From: Clostridia bacterium
GTDB taxonomy: Bacteria > Bacillota > Clostridia > Tissierellales > Dethiosulfatibacteraceae
NCBI GenBank assembly: GCA_011390775.1
Contig: JAABRS010000001.1
Location: 1-62,182 of the forward strand
Direction of reading: 5' to 3'
Length of the DNA stretch: 62,182 bases
The notes below the pieces were generated by a model. That model did not search any database, had not been told where the DNA came from, and saw only the letters and a program-made list of their open reading frames with translations. A program made the position numbers and the translations under genes. This document shows, piece after piece, positions 28,421-38,502 of the stretch (positions within the stretch are counted from its first letter, which is position 1; each line of letters begins with the position of its first letter).

Positions 28421-31091
28421 ACCAACTTCCTCCAGTACTCATGTCTACTGCTAGTTTTATTTTCAATTTAGCCGCGTTTTCCATTTCTTCTCTTAAAATA
28501 TTTTTAATATTTTCTAATTCCGGCTTATACACTTCGATAATAAGTTCATCATGAACCTGTAGTATTAACCTGGATTTCAATTTTTCTTTTTCTAATCTTT
28601 CATAGACATTAATCATTGCTTTTTTAATAATATCTGCTGCTGTTCCCTGGATAGGTGTATTTAATGCTAGTCTTTCACCAAAGGATCGAACATTATAGTT
28701 TCTGGATTTTAATTCAGGCAAAAATCTTCTCCTACCAAATACCGTTTCTACATAACCATCTTTTTTACCTTTTTTTATTATTTCTTTCATATATTTATTT
28801 ATATTTGAATAGTAATCTAGATAATTATCTATGTACTCTTTTGCTTCTTTTCTTGAAATATTTAAATCTCTACTAAGACCATAATCGCTTATCCCATATA
28901 CAATTCCAAAATTAACAGCCTTAGCTCTGCTTCTCATTGTTGAAGTTACTTTATCCATAGGTACTTTAAAAACTTCCGAGGCAGTTTTGGTATGTATGTC
29001 TTCTCCGTTTTCAAATGCTTCTATTAATCTAGTTTCATCAGCAACATGCGCTAGTACTCTCAATTCTATTTGTGAATAATCTGCATCTAGCAGAGTAAAA
29101 TCTTCACTTTCTGCTACAAATACTTTTCTTAGTTCCCTTCCTTCTTCCGTTCTTACAGGTATGTTTTGCAAATTAGGTTCAGTGCTGGATATTCTTCCTG
29201 TGGATGCGGTTGTTTGTTTAAAGCTGGAATGAACTCTACCATCATTTTCGTCTACTAATTTTATGAATCCGTCCACATAGGTTGAGTTTAATTTTGATAA
29301 CTGTCTGTACTCTATTATTTTGTTTATTATTGGATGTTTTGATTTAAGTTTTTCCAAAACTTCTGCATTAGTTGAAAATCCCGTCTTTGTCTTTTTTATA
29401 ACCGGTAAATCTAATTTATCAAAAAGAATTTCTCCTAATTGCTTAGGGGAATTTAAATTAAATTCTTCACCTGCAAAATCTTGAATCACTTCTTCTAATA
29501 TTTCTAGTTTTCCTTTAAATTTATCACCAATGTTATTTAATTCTTCTCTATCTATTTTAAATCCAAGAACTTCCATTGATGCCATAACCTTTACTAAAGG
29601 TAATTCAAAATTATTATATAACTTTTCCATTTTTGTTTCTTTTAGTTTTTTTTCAATATTCTCTTTAATATTATCAGTTATATATAGCAATTCACTTAAA
29701 TATTTCAAAGCCCTTTCTTCTTCTATTTCTCCAAAATTCTTTTTCTTTTTACCTTTTCCTAAATAATAACTTTCGTCATGGATATCTATCTCCAAAAATT
29801 CATAAGCAAGTCTATCTATATTATAAGACCTTTCCGAAGGGTCAATAATATATTTTCCTATCATTGAATCAAATTCTAATCCATTTAGGTTAATATCTAA
29901 TTTCAATAAAGATATTAATTCGTCCTTTATATGGTGACTGTATTTTTTAATTTCTTCATCTTCAAATATATCTTTCATTTTATTTAATGATTCAGAGATT
30001 TTTTCTTTTATATAAAATACATCATTATCTATAATGAACCCAGCATAAACAATTTTAGAATAGTACACTCTCTCATCGCTGTATAAAAATTTAAATCCAA
30101 ATCTTTTCTTTTCTTTTATTTTTTTTGCTAATTCTTCTATTTTAATTTCTTTTCCTTCAGGTATTTCCTTAACATTTTTTTCTTTTTCTTTGATTTTTAT
30201 GTTATCAGTCCCAAAAGAAAGTTGTGCACTTTCTTTAAATCTATCTTTTAATTTTCTAAATTCATATTCATCATATAGCTTTAGTAATTCCTTCTTGTCT
30301 GCTTCTGAATATTTAAAGAAATCTAATTTATAATCCATAGGTAAATTTTTTATTATTTTAGCTAAGGTATAGCTTAAATATGCCTGGCTTTTTTCTTTTT
30401 CAAGTCTTTCTTTCATCTTACCTTTTATTTCGTCAATATTTTCATAGACTCCATCTAAACTTTCGTATTTTTTCAAAAGTTTAAGTCCTGTTTTTTCTCC
30501 TATGCCGTAGACTCCAGGAATATTATCAGAGCTATCTCCCATTAATGCTTTCAAATCAATAAACTGTTCAGGAGTAATTCCATACTCTTCTTCCATTTTA
30601 TTTTCGTCAAACTCAACAATGTTTGTAACTCCTGTTTTCGTTAATATAACAGTAGTATCTTTGTCAATGAGTTGTAAATAATCTTTATCACTTGTAACTA
30701 AATAAGTTTTAATACCCTTTTCTTTGAATTTATTTGCTAAAGATCCAGCAATGTCATCCGCTTCATAACTATCTATCTCTAAGTATTCAATATTGTGTTT
30801 ATCTAAAACATCTCTTATCATGCCAAACTGCATTACTAATTCATTTGGTGCCTTTGCTCTTCCCGCCTTATAATCTTCATATTTTTCGTGTCTAAAGGTA
30901 GGTTTATCAGGATCAAAAGCTACACAAATATATTTAGGTTGGTAATCATCAATAATTTTATACAACATAGTTAAAAATCCGTATACTGCATTTGTAAAAA
31001 CACCTTTTTTATTTTTAAAAGGTGGTAGTGCATAATATGCTCTAAATAAAATACTGTTTCCATCAATAATAACAAATTTATCTTTACTCAT
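28407..31091 (-). CDS. polA: DNA polymerase I
   Basis: 5'-nuclease N-terminus ('FRHEKYEDYKAGR', 'GDSSDNIPGV'). Pol motifs A 'DYSQIELRVLAH', B 'RSRAKAVNFGIVYG' and C 'QVHDEL'. Confidence 0.95.
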   Translation of the reverse strand: MSKDKFVIIDGNSILFRAYYALPPFKNKKGVFTNAVYGFLTMLYKIIDDYQPKYICVAFDPDKPTFRHEKYEDYKAGRAKAPNELVMQFGMIRDVLDKHNIEYLEIDSYEADDIAGSLANKFKEKGIKTYLVTSDKDYLQLIDKDTTVILTKTGVTNIVEFDENKMEEEYGITPEQFIDLKALMGDSSDNIPGVYGIGEKTGLKLLKKYESLDGVYENIDEIKGKMKERLEKEKSQAYLSYTLAKIIKNLPMDYKLDFFKYSEADKKELLKLYDEYEFRKLKDRFKESAQLSFGTDNIKIKEKEKNVKEIPEGKEIKIEELAKKIKEKKRFGFKFLYSDERVYYSKIVYAGFIIDNDVFYIKEKISESLNKMKDIFEDEEIKKYSHHIKDELISLLKLDINLNGLEFDSMIGKYIIDPSERSYNIDRLAYEFLEIDIHDESYYLGKGKKKKNFGEIEEERALKYLSELLYITDNIKENIEKKLKETKMEKLYNNFELPLVKVMASMEVLGFKIDREELNNIGDKFKGKLEILEEVIQDFAGEEFNLNSPKQLGEILFDKLDLPVIKKTKTGFSTNAEVLEKLKSKHPIINKIIEYRQLSKLNSTYVDGFIKLVDENDGRVHSSFKQTTASTGRISSTEPNLQNIPVRTEEGRELRKVFVAESEDFTLLDADYSQIELRVLAHVADETRLIEAFENGEDIHTKTASEVFKVPMDKVTSTMRSRAKAVNFGIVYGISDYGLSRDLNISRKEAKEYIDNYLDYYSNINKYMKEIIKKGKKDGYVETVFGRRRFLPELKSRNYNVRSFGERLALNTPIQGTAADIIKKAMINVYERLEKEKLKSRLILQVHDELIIEVYKPELENIKNILREEMENAAKLKIKLAVDMSTGGSWYEAK

Positions 31092-31164
31092 TTATAAAAC
31101 TCCCTAATTAATTATTTTTTCCATTATAAATACTATATTATATTTCTATATCAATTACAAACAT

Positions 31165-31192
31165 AAAAATAGGCCTCTTGTGGGAGGCCTAT
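31165..31192 (-). terminator. Rho-independent terminator of the sigma/anti-sigma operon
   Basis: Minus strand ATAGGCCTC-ccacaa-GAGGCCTAT followed by TTTTTAT. Confidence 0.75.
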
Positions 31193-31205
31193 TCTGAATT
31201 TTGTT

Positions 31206-32450
31206 TTATGATTTTTTCTTAAATATTTTTTTTATTATAGTCCATACTATAAATAAAACTAAAATTAAAACTACCAATACAGGTATAAATCCTACAAATG
31301 ATATAAAGGAATTTTCTATAAAATTAATCATCCTATTTATTGATCTTGTAAAGCTTTCTTTAGCTTCAGACCAAATATTTTCATCTACCGGCTGAATTCT
31401 ACCTCTATCTTCTATTTCTCTAAGTCCAAGATGTATTGTAGACATTGAAGCTCTATCATCTATATCTGAAAGATTCATTTTGAGATTGTCTATTTCACTT
31501 CTTATTCTAGTCAGCTCTCTTTCAATCTCCATAATTTCAGTTACGTTTTCAGCTTGACCCATTAATTCTCTTAGTCTTTCTTCCTGTACTTCTAAGTTTT
31601 TCACCTTATTATCTATTTCATAATAATGTTTCGTTACGTCGTTTTCATTTATTGATTCTTGAATTAACTCGCCTTCGCCTTTCAGATAATCAAATACTGA
31701 TTGAAATGCTTCGTTGGGTATTCTAATTGTAAATCTTCCAGTTCTTAATTTGATTTTATTGTTGCTGCTGTCATAATAATAATTATTTGTATATGTCTCC
31801 ATATTTTCTATATATCCATTGTTGTCTCTAACAATGGATTCAATATTATCTACAAAATTATCGTATTCAGATGTTTCCACCTCTAAACTTCCAGTTTTTA
31901 TAATTTTTAATTCTCTATCACGGTAATTTGTATCTTCAGAAGCTATTCCAACATTTTTTTCTCCATCAGAACCTGCGGTAAATCCCATTTCTTCTCTTAA
32001 AGCATCCTCTTGTTCTGCTTCTTCATAATCGGCAGGAGATTCCATTGTAGGTGCTTCTTGTGGAGCTTCAGCCGCTTCCTCCATAAATCCCATGTCGTTA
32101 GAAGCTTTTCCTCCTCCTAAACCTAGGTTTGAAAATATGAATGTAGCTCCTATTAATACAACAAAGGTTGCTGCTATGGCTGTTATTCTTTTCCAGTTCC
32201 ATTTATTTTTTGATTTCTTTTCTATTAATTTATCGTGAAGTTTTTCACAATACCCTTCAGGTAATTTTTCAAGAGGCATATTATTAACTGTATCAATAAT
32301 GTATTTTGTGTTTTCAAACTCTACACGACAGTTATCACATACTCTAAGATGCTCCTCAAATTCTGCTGCTTCTTTATCTGTAAGTTCATTATCTATATAT
32401 AAAGATATTTTTTCTTTACATTCCCTACAGTTCATAAAATCACCTTCCAT
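31206..32450 (-). CDS. Anti-sigma factor: N-terminal zf-HC2 (ZAS) domain, TM helix, acidic linker, DUF4349-like coiled-coil ectodomain, C-terminal TM
   Basis: 'CRECKEKISLYIDNEL...HLRVCDNC' (Hx3Cx2C). TM 'ITAIAATFVVLIGATFIF' and terminal TM 'FIPVLVVLILVLFIVW'. The start may instead be at 32435 (MNCREC). Confidence 0.75.
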   Translation of the reverse strand: MEGDFMNCRECKEKISLYIDNELTDKEAAEFEEHLRVCDNCRVEFENTKYIIDTVNNMPLEKLPEGYCEKLHDKLIEKKSKNKWNWKRITAIAATFVVLIGATFIFSNLGLGGGKASNDMGFMEEAAEAPQEAPTMESPADYEEAEQEDALREEMGFTAGSDGEKNVGIASEDTNYRDRELKIIKTGSLEVETSEYDNFVDNIESIVRDNNGYIENMETYTNNYYYDSSNNKIKLRTGRFTIRIPNEAFQSVFDYLKGEGELIQESINENDVTKHYYEIDNKVKNLEVQEERLRELMGQAENVTEIMEIERELTRIRSEIDNLKMNLSDIDDRASMSTIHLGLREIEDRGRIQPVDENIWSEAKESFTRSINRMINFIENSFISFVGFIPVLVVLILVLFIVWTIIKKIFKKKS

Positions 32451-32454
32451 TTTT

Positions 32455-33012
32455 CTACATATTTTGTATGATTACTTCTTTTAATTTTTCTCTACCTCTA
32501 CTTATTCTTGATTTAACAGTACCCTCATTACAATCAAGTATTTCTGCAATTTCCTTATACTTAAATCCTTGAATGTCTCTTAATATAATGACATTCTTAA
32601 AGTCATCATCCAACATATCAATACTTTCTCGTACAAGTTCTTTGTTTAACTTTTCTGTTAATAGTTTTTCTGGATTTGTATCATTGTCTTCAATTTGTTT
32701 CGGTATCTCATCATATCCATAGTGAATTGGTTCATCTAAAGAGGATGTTTTCAGTCTTTTTTTTCTTTTAAAGTCAATACAGGTATTGAATACTATTTTA
32801 TACATCCAGGTTTTAAATGAAGAATTCATATTAAAGCTTTTAATATTTTCATAAATTTTGATTAATGCTTCCTGAGATATATCTTCTGCATCTTCTTTAT
32901 TTTTAAGAATTTTAAGAGCAATGTTATATGCATATTTTTTGTGTTCTTTTATCAATTCTTCAAAAGCCTCAATATCACCTTTTTGACTTTTAATAATTAA
33001 GTCTTGGTTCAT
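32455..33012 (-). CDS. ECF-type RNA polymerase sigma-70 family factor
   Basis: 185 aa with regions 2 and 4 only. Region 4 HTH 'YKEIAEILDCNEGTVKSRISRGREKL'. Confidence 0.85.
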   Translation of the reverse strand: MNQDLIIKSQKGDIEAFEELIKEHKKYAYNIALKILKNKEDAEDISQEALIKIYENIKSFNMNSSFKTWMYKIVFNTCIDFKRKKRLKTSSLDEPIHYGYDEIPKQIEDNDTNPEKLLTEKLNKELVRESIDMLDDDFKNVIILRDIQGFKYKEIAEILDCNEGTVKSRISRGREKLKEVIIQNM

Positions 33013-33042
33013 ATTATATTCACCCCTGTTATTATTTATATA

Positions 33043-33067
33043 GACGAACTAAATCTGATTTAGTTCC
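33043..33067 (-). promoter_or_regulatory. ECF-type autoregulatory promoter candidate
   Basis: Minus strand GGAAC-N16-CGTC, about 30 nt upstream of the sigma ATG. Embedded in the perfect palindrome GAACTAAATC..GATTTAGTTC. Confidence 0.55.
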
Positions 33068-33173
33068 ATATAATTTAATTTATTAAGTAATTATACTATA
33101 GAGAACCTTCTTTTACAATTTAGTAGAGTTTAATTAATCAATTCTTAATATATTGTTAATAGTCAATCAAAGA

Positions 33174-33202
33174 TTGAATATATATTCGAATTATGTTATT
33201 AT
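33174..33202 (+). promoter_or_regulatory. Candidate sigma-A promoter of the mrp cluster
   Basis: TTGAAT-N17-TATTAT with TG at -15/-14. Overlaps the palindrome GAATATATATTC. Confidence 0.4.
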
Positions 33203-33263
33203 AACATTGGTTTTTTATATATACCAACTATGACATTTTCTTAATATATAGGAGTGATGACAA

Positions 33264-33740
33264 TTGAACATATTCTTTACACTTTTCTATACCCTTATTT
33301 GGATTATTTTTTCAGAAAATTTCACCCTAGAAATTATATTTATAGGTTTATTATTTTCCATACTAATAACGTATACAAATAAATCACTTTTGGATTTTAA
33401 AAAGCCTAAATTGAAGTTTGGGTATTTTATTTTATTTTTTGAATATTTATTTGTTTTAATAGTTGAAATAATTAAAGCTAATTTACATGTTGCATTTATT
33501 ATCTTAACTCCAAAACCGGATTTAGACTCTACAATTATTATTCACAGAACTAGTTTGAAATCCGATTTTCATAAAATGATTTTAGCTAATTCTATAACCT
33601 TAACACCAGGAACTCTAACTATCAGCTTAGAAGAAGATTTTCTCAAAGTCCACTGTTTAAAAGATGAATTTAGAAAGGGAATAGAAGATTCTAAGTTTGA
33701 AAAAATATTAATAGAAATCGAGGAAAATTTTTATGATTAA
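33264..33740 (+). CDS. mrpE: Mrp/Mnh antiporter subunit E (MbhA-like)
   Basis: TTG start 9 nt after GGAG. 158 aa with two N-terminal TM helices and 'SITLTPGTLT', typical of MnhE. Confidence 0.75.
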   Translation: MNIFFTLFYTLIWIIFSENFTLEIIFIGLLFSILITYTNKSLLDFKKPKLKFGYFILFFEYLFVLIVEIIKANLHVAFIILTPKPDLDSTIIIHRTSLKSDFHKMILANSITLTPGTLTISLEEDFLKVHCLKDEFRKGIEDSKFEKILIEIEENFYD

Positions 33741-33987
33741 TTTACTTAAGTTTTCATTAATTTTTTTATCTTTCACCATATTTCTATGTATGTACAGAGC
33801 TATTAAAGGTCCAAGCATTGCCGACAGAATAATAGCTATAAATGTTGTCAATACAAAGGTTATAACTATAATTATAGGTGTTTCTTTTATTTTTCATGAA
33901 ACCTATTTCATAGATGTAGCATTGGTTTATGCTTTAATTAGTTTTACAGCTTCTATTTTAATATCTAAGGTTATAAAGGAGTCTTGA
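33733..33987 (+). CDS. mrpF: Mrp/Mnh antiporter subunit F (MbhB-like)
   Basis: 84 aa, 3 TM, with 'YRAIKGPSIADRIIAINV', characteristic of MrpF/PhaF. Confidence 0.8.
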   Translation: MINLLKFSLIFLSFTIFLCMYRAIKGPSIADRIIAINVVNTKVITIIIGVSFIFHETYFIDVALVYALISFTASILISKVIKES

Positions 33988-33988
33988 T

Positions 33989-34288
33989 ATGATTACAGTT
34001 TTCTTTTATATTTTTTTAGTATTAGGTTTGTTTTTTTTCGCTGTTGGTACATTAGGTATTTTGAAATTTCCAGATGTTTATACCCGTGCTCATAGTTCAG
34101 CTAAGTGTGATACCATGGGAGCTTTTTTGACTCTAACCTCCTTTTGTATTTACAATGGATTAAATGCTGTCACTTTTAAAATTATTCTTGTAATTATTTT
34201 TATATTTATTACTACTCCTACTGCCACTCATATTATAGCCAGAGGAAACTATGAAAAAGAAGGAGACTCTGAAGATGGAAAGTTTTAG
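33989..34288 (+). CDS. mrpG: Mrp/Mnh antiporter subunit G (MbhC-like)
   Basis: 99 aa with 'GTLGILKFPDVYTRAHSSAKCDTMG' and 'TTPTATHIIARG', typical of MnhG/PhaG. Confidence 0.8.
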   Translation: MITVFFYIFLVLGLFFFAVGTLGILKFPDVYTRAHSSAKCDTMGAFLTLTSFCIYNGLNAVTFKIILVIIFIFITTPTATHIIARGNYEKEGDSEDGKF

Positions 34289-34523
34289 TATATTAATATT
34301 AATATTTTTAATAATATTTTCTATATCAGTTTCTATTATAAAAAATCTTTTAGCTAGTGTTGTAGTTTTTATGGTATATAGTCTTCTCATGGCAGTGCTT
34401 TGGCAGCAGTTAAATGCTCCTGACTTAGCAATAACTGAGGCTGCCGTTGGTGCAGGTGTTACTACTCTATTATTTGTGCTTGCAATTAGGAAGGTTAAAG
34501 GTGATGATAATGAGGAAAATTAG
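34275..34523 (+). CDS. MbhD-like small membrane subunit (split-off MrpA C-terminal part, DUF4040-type)
   Basis: Three TM helices with 'APDLAITEAAVGAGVTT'. I chose the start at MESFSI (GAAGGAGA 9 nt upstream) rather than 34251. Confidence 0.65.
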   Translation: MESFSILILIFLIIFSISVSIIKNLLASVVVFMVYSLLMAVLWQQLNAPDLAITEAAVGAGVTTLLFVLAIRKVKGDDNEEN

Positions 34524-34776
34524 CGCTATTTTTATAACAGTAATGCTCATATTAATACTGTTGATTGGAGTTAATGATCTTCCAGAATTTGGTAACGAAA
34601 ATAATCCAAGTAATAATATTCTTAGCAAAACTTACTTAGCAAATACTACAAAAGAAACAGGAGCTTTAAACATAGTGACAGGTATCATTTTAGATTATAG
34701 AGCTTTGGATACATTAATGGAAGCGACGGTTTTGTTTAGCGGTGTTGTTGTTATTATTCTGCTTTTTAAAGATTAG
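34504..34776 (+). CDS. MbhE-like small membrane subunit carrying the MnhB-family signature of the MrpA C-terminus
   Basis: 'NIVTGIILDYRALDTLMEATVLF' signature. The start is ambiguous (34504 or 34510); the ORF-track start at 34447 looks like an artefactual extension. Confidence 0.65.
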   Translation: MIMRKISAIFITVMLILILLIGVNDLPEFGNENNPSNNILSKTYLANTTKETGALNIVTGIILDYRALDTLMEATVLFSGVVVIILLFKD

Positions 34777-34785
34777 GAGGCTATA

Positions 34786-35202
34786 GTGGAAAGAGATATA
34801 ATTCTAAAAGAAATAGGTAAAATTTTAATACCTCTAGTACAACTTTTTGGTATATATGTAATAATTAATGGGCATCTTTCTCCTGGTGGAGGATTTTCCG
34901 GTGGGACTATTTTAGGAACCTCATTAATTATAATGCATTTAATATATGGAGAAAATTTTATAAAAAATCTATATTCTAAGAAAAAACTTATTTTAATAAT
35001 CAGCATTTCTTTGATATTTTACACTCTTATTAAAGGATATAGTTTTTTATCTACTGAATTAAATCTACCTCATCCTCCTATTGGTAACCCGGGCAATATA
35101 CTAAGTTCAGGATTTATACTACCTTTAAATATTGCAGTTGGATTATTAGTTGCATCTATTTTTTATGTAATTTTTTCAATTTTTATAAGAGACGAGGTTT
35201 AA
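34786..35202 (+). CDS. mrpB: Mrp/Mnh antiporter subunit B (MbhF-like)
   Basis: GTG start after TAGGAGG. 'NGHLSPGGGFSGGTILG' matches the MrpB 'GHNxPGGGFxGG' signature. Confidence 0.75.
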   Translation: MERDIILKEIGKILIPLVQLFGIYVIINGHLSPGGGFSGGTILGTSLIIMHLIYGENFIKNLYSKKKLILIISISLIFYTLIKGYSFLSTELNLPHPPIGNPGNILSSGFILPLNIAVGLLVASIFYVIFSIFIRDEV

Positions 35203-35203
35203 T

Positions 35204-35575
35204 ATGGATATACTTTTAACGAATTATTTTGAAACTGGAGCTATTATACTTTTTGGTGTAGGCTTTGCAACTTTAATGCTCCATAGAAATTTAATTAAAA
35301 AAATAATTGGAATGAACATTATGGATACTGCTATATTTTTATTTTTTATTGCAAAAGGATATATTAAGGGTAAAGAAGCACCTATAATAACAGATTCTTT
35401 TAAAGGTGTTAGCAATTATATAAATCCGGTTCCCAGTGCACTAATGTTGACAGGTATAGTTGTTGCTGTTACTACTACAGCTTTTGCACTAGCTTTAACT
35501 ATCAAATTACATAAGCATTATAATACAGTTGATTTAGATATTATTCTAAGAATGAGAGGAGACCAAAATGATTAA
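35204..35575 (+). CDS. mrpC: Mrp/Mnh antiporter subunit C (NuoK-like, MbhG-like)
   Basis: 123 aa, 3 TM, with 'LIKKIIGMNIMDTAIFLFF' and 'PSALMLTGIVVAV..FALAL'. Confidence 0.8.
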   Translation: MDILLTNYFETGAIILFGVGFATLMLHRNLIKKIIGMNIMDTAIFLFFIAKGYIKGKEAPIITDSFKGVSNYINPVPSALMLTGIVVAVTTTAFALALTIKLHKHYNTVDLDIILRMRGDQND

Positions 35576-37025
35576 CTATATACCTATTTTAAATATTTTA
35601 ATTTTAATTTTATTTTCTTTTATAATAATAATAGTAAAAAATAATAAAAAAGTTAAATTTATTTCCCTAGCTTCAAATATTTTTGTTTTTTTCCTTTCAA
35701 TAATATTAGCAAGAAAAGTGTTAACACAAAATATTATTACTCTATCCTTAGGAGATCCAAATAATCTATTGGGAATCGAATTTCTTATTAGTAAACCAGA
35801 AGCAGTAATAGGACTTATTTTCACATTTGTTATGGTTATGATTCTCTGGTATTCAAATTTTTATTTAGAAAAAGAAGTATCTGAAAATAGAATATCTTTC
35901 TTTTATCTATTAATAAATATATTATTAGCTTCTCTTTTAGGAGTTATTTATACAAATGATTTATTTAACAGTTATGTGTTTATAGAAATATCTACTCTTT
36001 CTGCTTGCGGTATTATTATTTTAAAAGATAAAAAAGAAAATATAAAAGCAACTATCAAGTATTTGATAATGAGTACTATCGGTTCCGGATTAGTTTTAAT
36101 GGCTATAGCCTACATCTACTCTATTACCGGACATTTAAATATATCTAATATACATGAAATTATTATAACTAATTATCAATTTCATAGGAATGCTGTATTA
36201 ATAATTTTGGGATTATTTACAGTTGGTTTAGGTATAAAAAGTGCTGTATTTCCACTTCACAGCTGGCTTCCAGATGCCCATTCTTCTGCACCAACTCCAG
36301 CTAGTGCTGTTTTATCTGCATTAGTTATAAAAGTATATGTATTTATGCTGATAAAAATTTTATTCAGAATGTTCAGCTATGAAATTGTAAACAGTTTTAT
36401 AATTATGGACATAATTCTACTATTAGGTTCTATGGGAATGATATTTGGTTCAATTATGGCTATTATGCAAAAAGAACTTAAGCGTATGGTTGCATATTCA
36501 AGTGTTGCTCAAATGGGATATATAGTTTTTGGTATAGGCTTAGGTACTATTTCAGGTACTGCTATAGCAATTTATCATATAATAGGTCATGCTGTTACAA
36601 AATCCTCGCTTTTTTTAATATCAGGATTGTTAATTGATAAAACTGGCAGTAAAAAAATAGAAGATTTAAAGGGTATTGGAAAAGAAATGCCTTTTACCTT
36701 AGGTTTATTCACCTTAGGAGCCTTTTCAATGGTAGGTATACCTATTCTACCGGGTTTTATTTCTAAATGGTATTTGTCCTTGACTTGCATCGAAGTTGGA
36801 AGAGTTCCACTAATACTTATTATACTGGCCAGCTCTCTACTTAATGTTTTATATTATTTCCCTATCGTTATAAATGGCTATTTTGGAAATGATAATCTTG
36901 AAGGTAAAATCTACAAAGCAAAAAAAATCCCTTTTATAAATCTACTACCAATAATACTTTTAGTAATTTCTATGGTTGTAATTGGTGGTATGTCTTATAA
37001 TTTAATTGGATTATTTAATATTTAA
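35568..37025 (+). CDS. Mrp antiporter-like subunit D1 (NuoM/N family proton-conducting transporter)
   Basis: 'FPLHSWLPDAHSSAPTPASAVLSALVIK', 'KRMVAYSSVAQMGYI', 'HAVTKSSLF'. Confidence 0.85.
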   Translation: MINYIPILNILILILFSFIIIIVKNNKKVKFISLASNIFVFFLSIILARKVLTQNIITLSLGDPNNLLGIEFLISKPEAVIGLIFTFVMVMILWYSNFYLEKEVSENRISFFYLLINILLASLLGVIYTNDLFNSYVFIEISTLSACGIIILKDKKENIKATIKYLIMSTIGSGLVLMAIAYIYSITGHLNISNIHEIIITNYQFHRNAVLIILGLFTVGLGIKSAVFPLHSWLPDAHSSAPTPASAVLSALVIKVYVFMLIKILFRMFSYEIVNSFIIMDIILLLGSMGMIFGSIMAIMQKELKRMVAYSSVAQMGYIVFGIGLGTISGTAIAIYHIIGHAVTKSSLFLISGLLIDKTGSKKIEDLKGIGKEMPFTLGLFTLGAFSMVGIPILPGFISKWYLSLTCIEVGRVPLILIILASSLLNVLYYFPIVINGYFGNDNLEGKIYKAKKIPFINLLPIILLVISMVVIGGMSYNLIGLFNI

Positions 37026-37039
37026 ACAAGGAGAATATA

Positions 37040-38488
37040 ATGAACTTTGAAATCTTTCTGCCTGTTATAGTACCTATTGTTATGGGACTAGTTGTAGGTA
37101 TAGTAAAACCTTCATATGAAAACAGAAATAAAGTTGTAATAATCACGACTATATTAAATTTTTTCTTAGTTCTTTATGTAGTTTTTTTTAAAGACAACTC
37201 ATTTTATCATATGGTTAAAATTAATGAATTTTTAGATCTTTATCTTCATCCGGATAGCATAGGAAAAATATTTGCTGTCTTAGTATCGAGCCTATGGATT
37301 TTAACTACATTCTATTCTATAGACTATATGGGAAAATCTAAAAATTTAAATAAATTTTTTATGTTTTTTCTTATTACCGAAGGAGTAACTCTTGGGATAG
37401 CCTTTTCAGGAAATTTGATTACTTTATATTTATTCTATGAATTACTTACTCTATCTACCTTTCCTTTAGTAATTGAAAAAGGTTCCGCAAAAGCCTTAAA
37501 TGCAGGAAAAAAATATTTAATATATTCTTTTTTTGGTGCTACTATGGTTCTTTTCGGGATAATACTTCTTTACAGTCAAACTCAGAATTTATCTTTTGTT
37601 CCCGGTGGAGTTGTTGGAAGTTTAGTATTTGGAAATAAAAATTTATATTTAATGGTATATATTCTATTGTTTTTAGGCTTTGGTGTTAAAGCTGCTCTGG
37701 TACCCTTTCATTCATGGCTGCCTTCAGCTATGGTAGCACCTACACCTGTAAGCGCACTTCTTCATGCAGTAGCTGTTGTAAAATCCGGAATATTTGCTTT
37801 AGGTAGAATGACTTATTATGTTCTTGGTTGGAGAGTAATTGAATTCACTGAAGGAAATAAGTATACATTGATTTTAGTTTTACTTACAATTTTAATGGGC
37901 TCTTTTTTAGCTATACATCAGGAAAATTTAAAGAGAAGACTTGCATATTCTACTATCAGTCAATTGGGATATATAATGCTAGCTTTAGTAATATTTGAAA
38001 ATAGTTCCTATATTGGTGGAATGCTTCATATGCTTTTTCATGCAACTGTTAAAATTACATTGTTCTTTTGTGTTGGTGCCATAATGCATTATGAAAAGAA
38101 AACAGAACTTCATGAAATAGCCGGTATAGGTAAAAAAATGCCAAAAACTATGATTAGCTTTAGTGTAGCCTCTATTTGTTTAATAGGAATACCTCCTACA
38201 AATGGTTTTGTAAGTAAATGGTTTTTAGCAATAGGCGGCTTAGATCAAGGAAACTATCTAATTCCAATAATACTTTTACTCAGTGCTTTTTTTACCGCTG
38301 CATATTTAATACCGATAATTTCTACAGCCTTTTTTAAAGGTGATCCATCTAAAAAAATCGAAATATCAGAACCAAACAATTTTATGTTAATACCAATTAT
38401 GATTTTAGCAGCTATTAATTTGATTTTAGGTATTTTTCCTAATGCCATAATTAATACCATACAGATAGCAGCGAAAAAATTATTTTAA
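37040..38488 (+). CDS. Mrp antiporter-like subunit D2 (NuoM/N family)
   Basis: 'VPFHSWLPSAMVAPTPVSALLHAVAVVKSG', 'KRRLAYSTISQLGYI', 'HATVKITLF'. Confidence 0.85.
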   Translation: MNFEIFLPVIVPIVMGLVVGIVKPSYENRNKVVIITTILNFFLVLYVVFFKDNSFYHMVKINEFLDLYLHPDSIGKIFAVLVSSLWILTTFYSIDYMGKSKNLNKFFMFFLITEGVTLGIAFSGNLITLYLFYELLTLSTFPLVIEKGSAKALNAGKKYLIYSFFGATMVLFGIILLYSQTQNLSFVPGGVVGSLVFGNKNLYLMVYILLFLGFGVKAALVPFHSWLPSAMVAPTPVSALLHAVAVVKSGIFALGRMTYYVLGWRVIEFTEGNKYTLILVLLTILMGSFLAIHQENLKRRLAYSTISQLGYIMLALVIFENSSYIGGMLHMLFHATVKITLFFCVGAIMHYEKKTELHEIAGIGKKMPKTMISFSVASICLIGIPPTNGFVSKWFLAIGGLDQGNYLIPIILLLSAFFTAAYLIPIISTAFFKGDPSKKIEISEPNNFMLIPIMILAAINLILGIFPNAIINTIQIAAKKLF

Positions 38489-38502
38489 AGGACGGATAAA
38501 AT

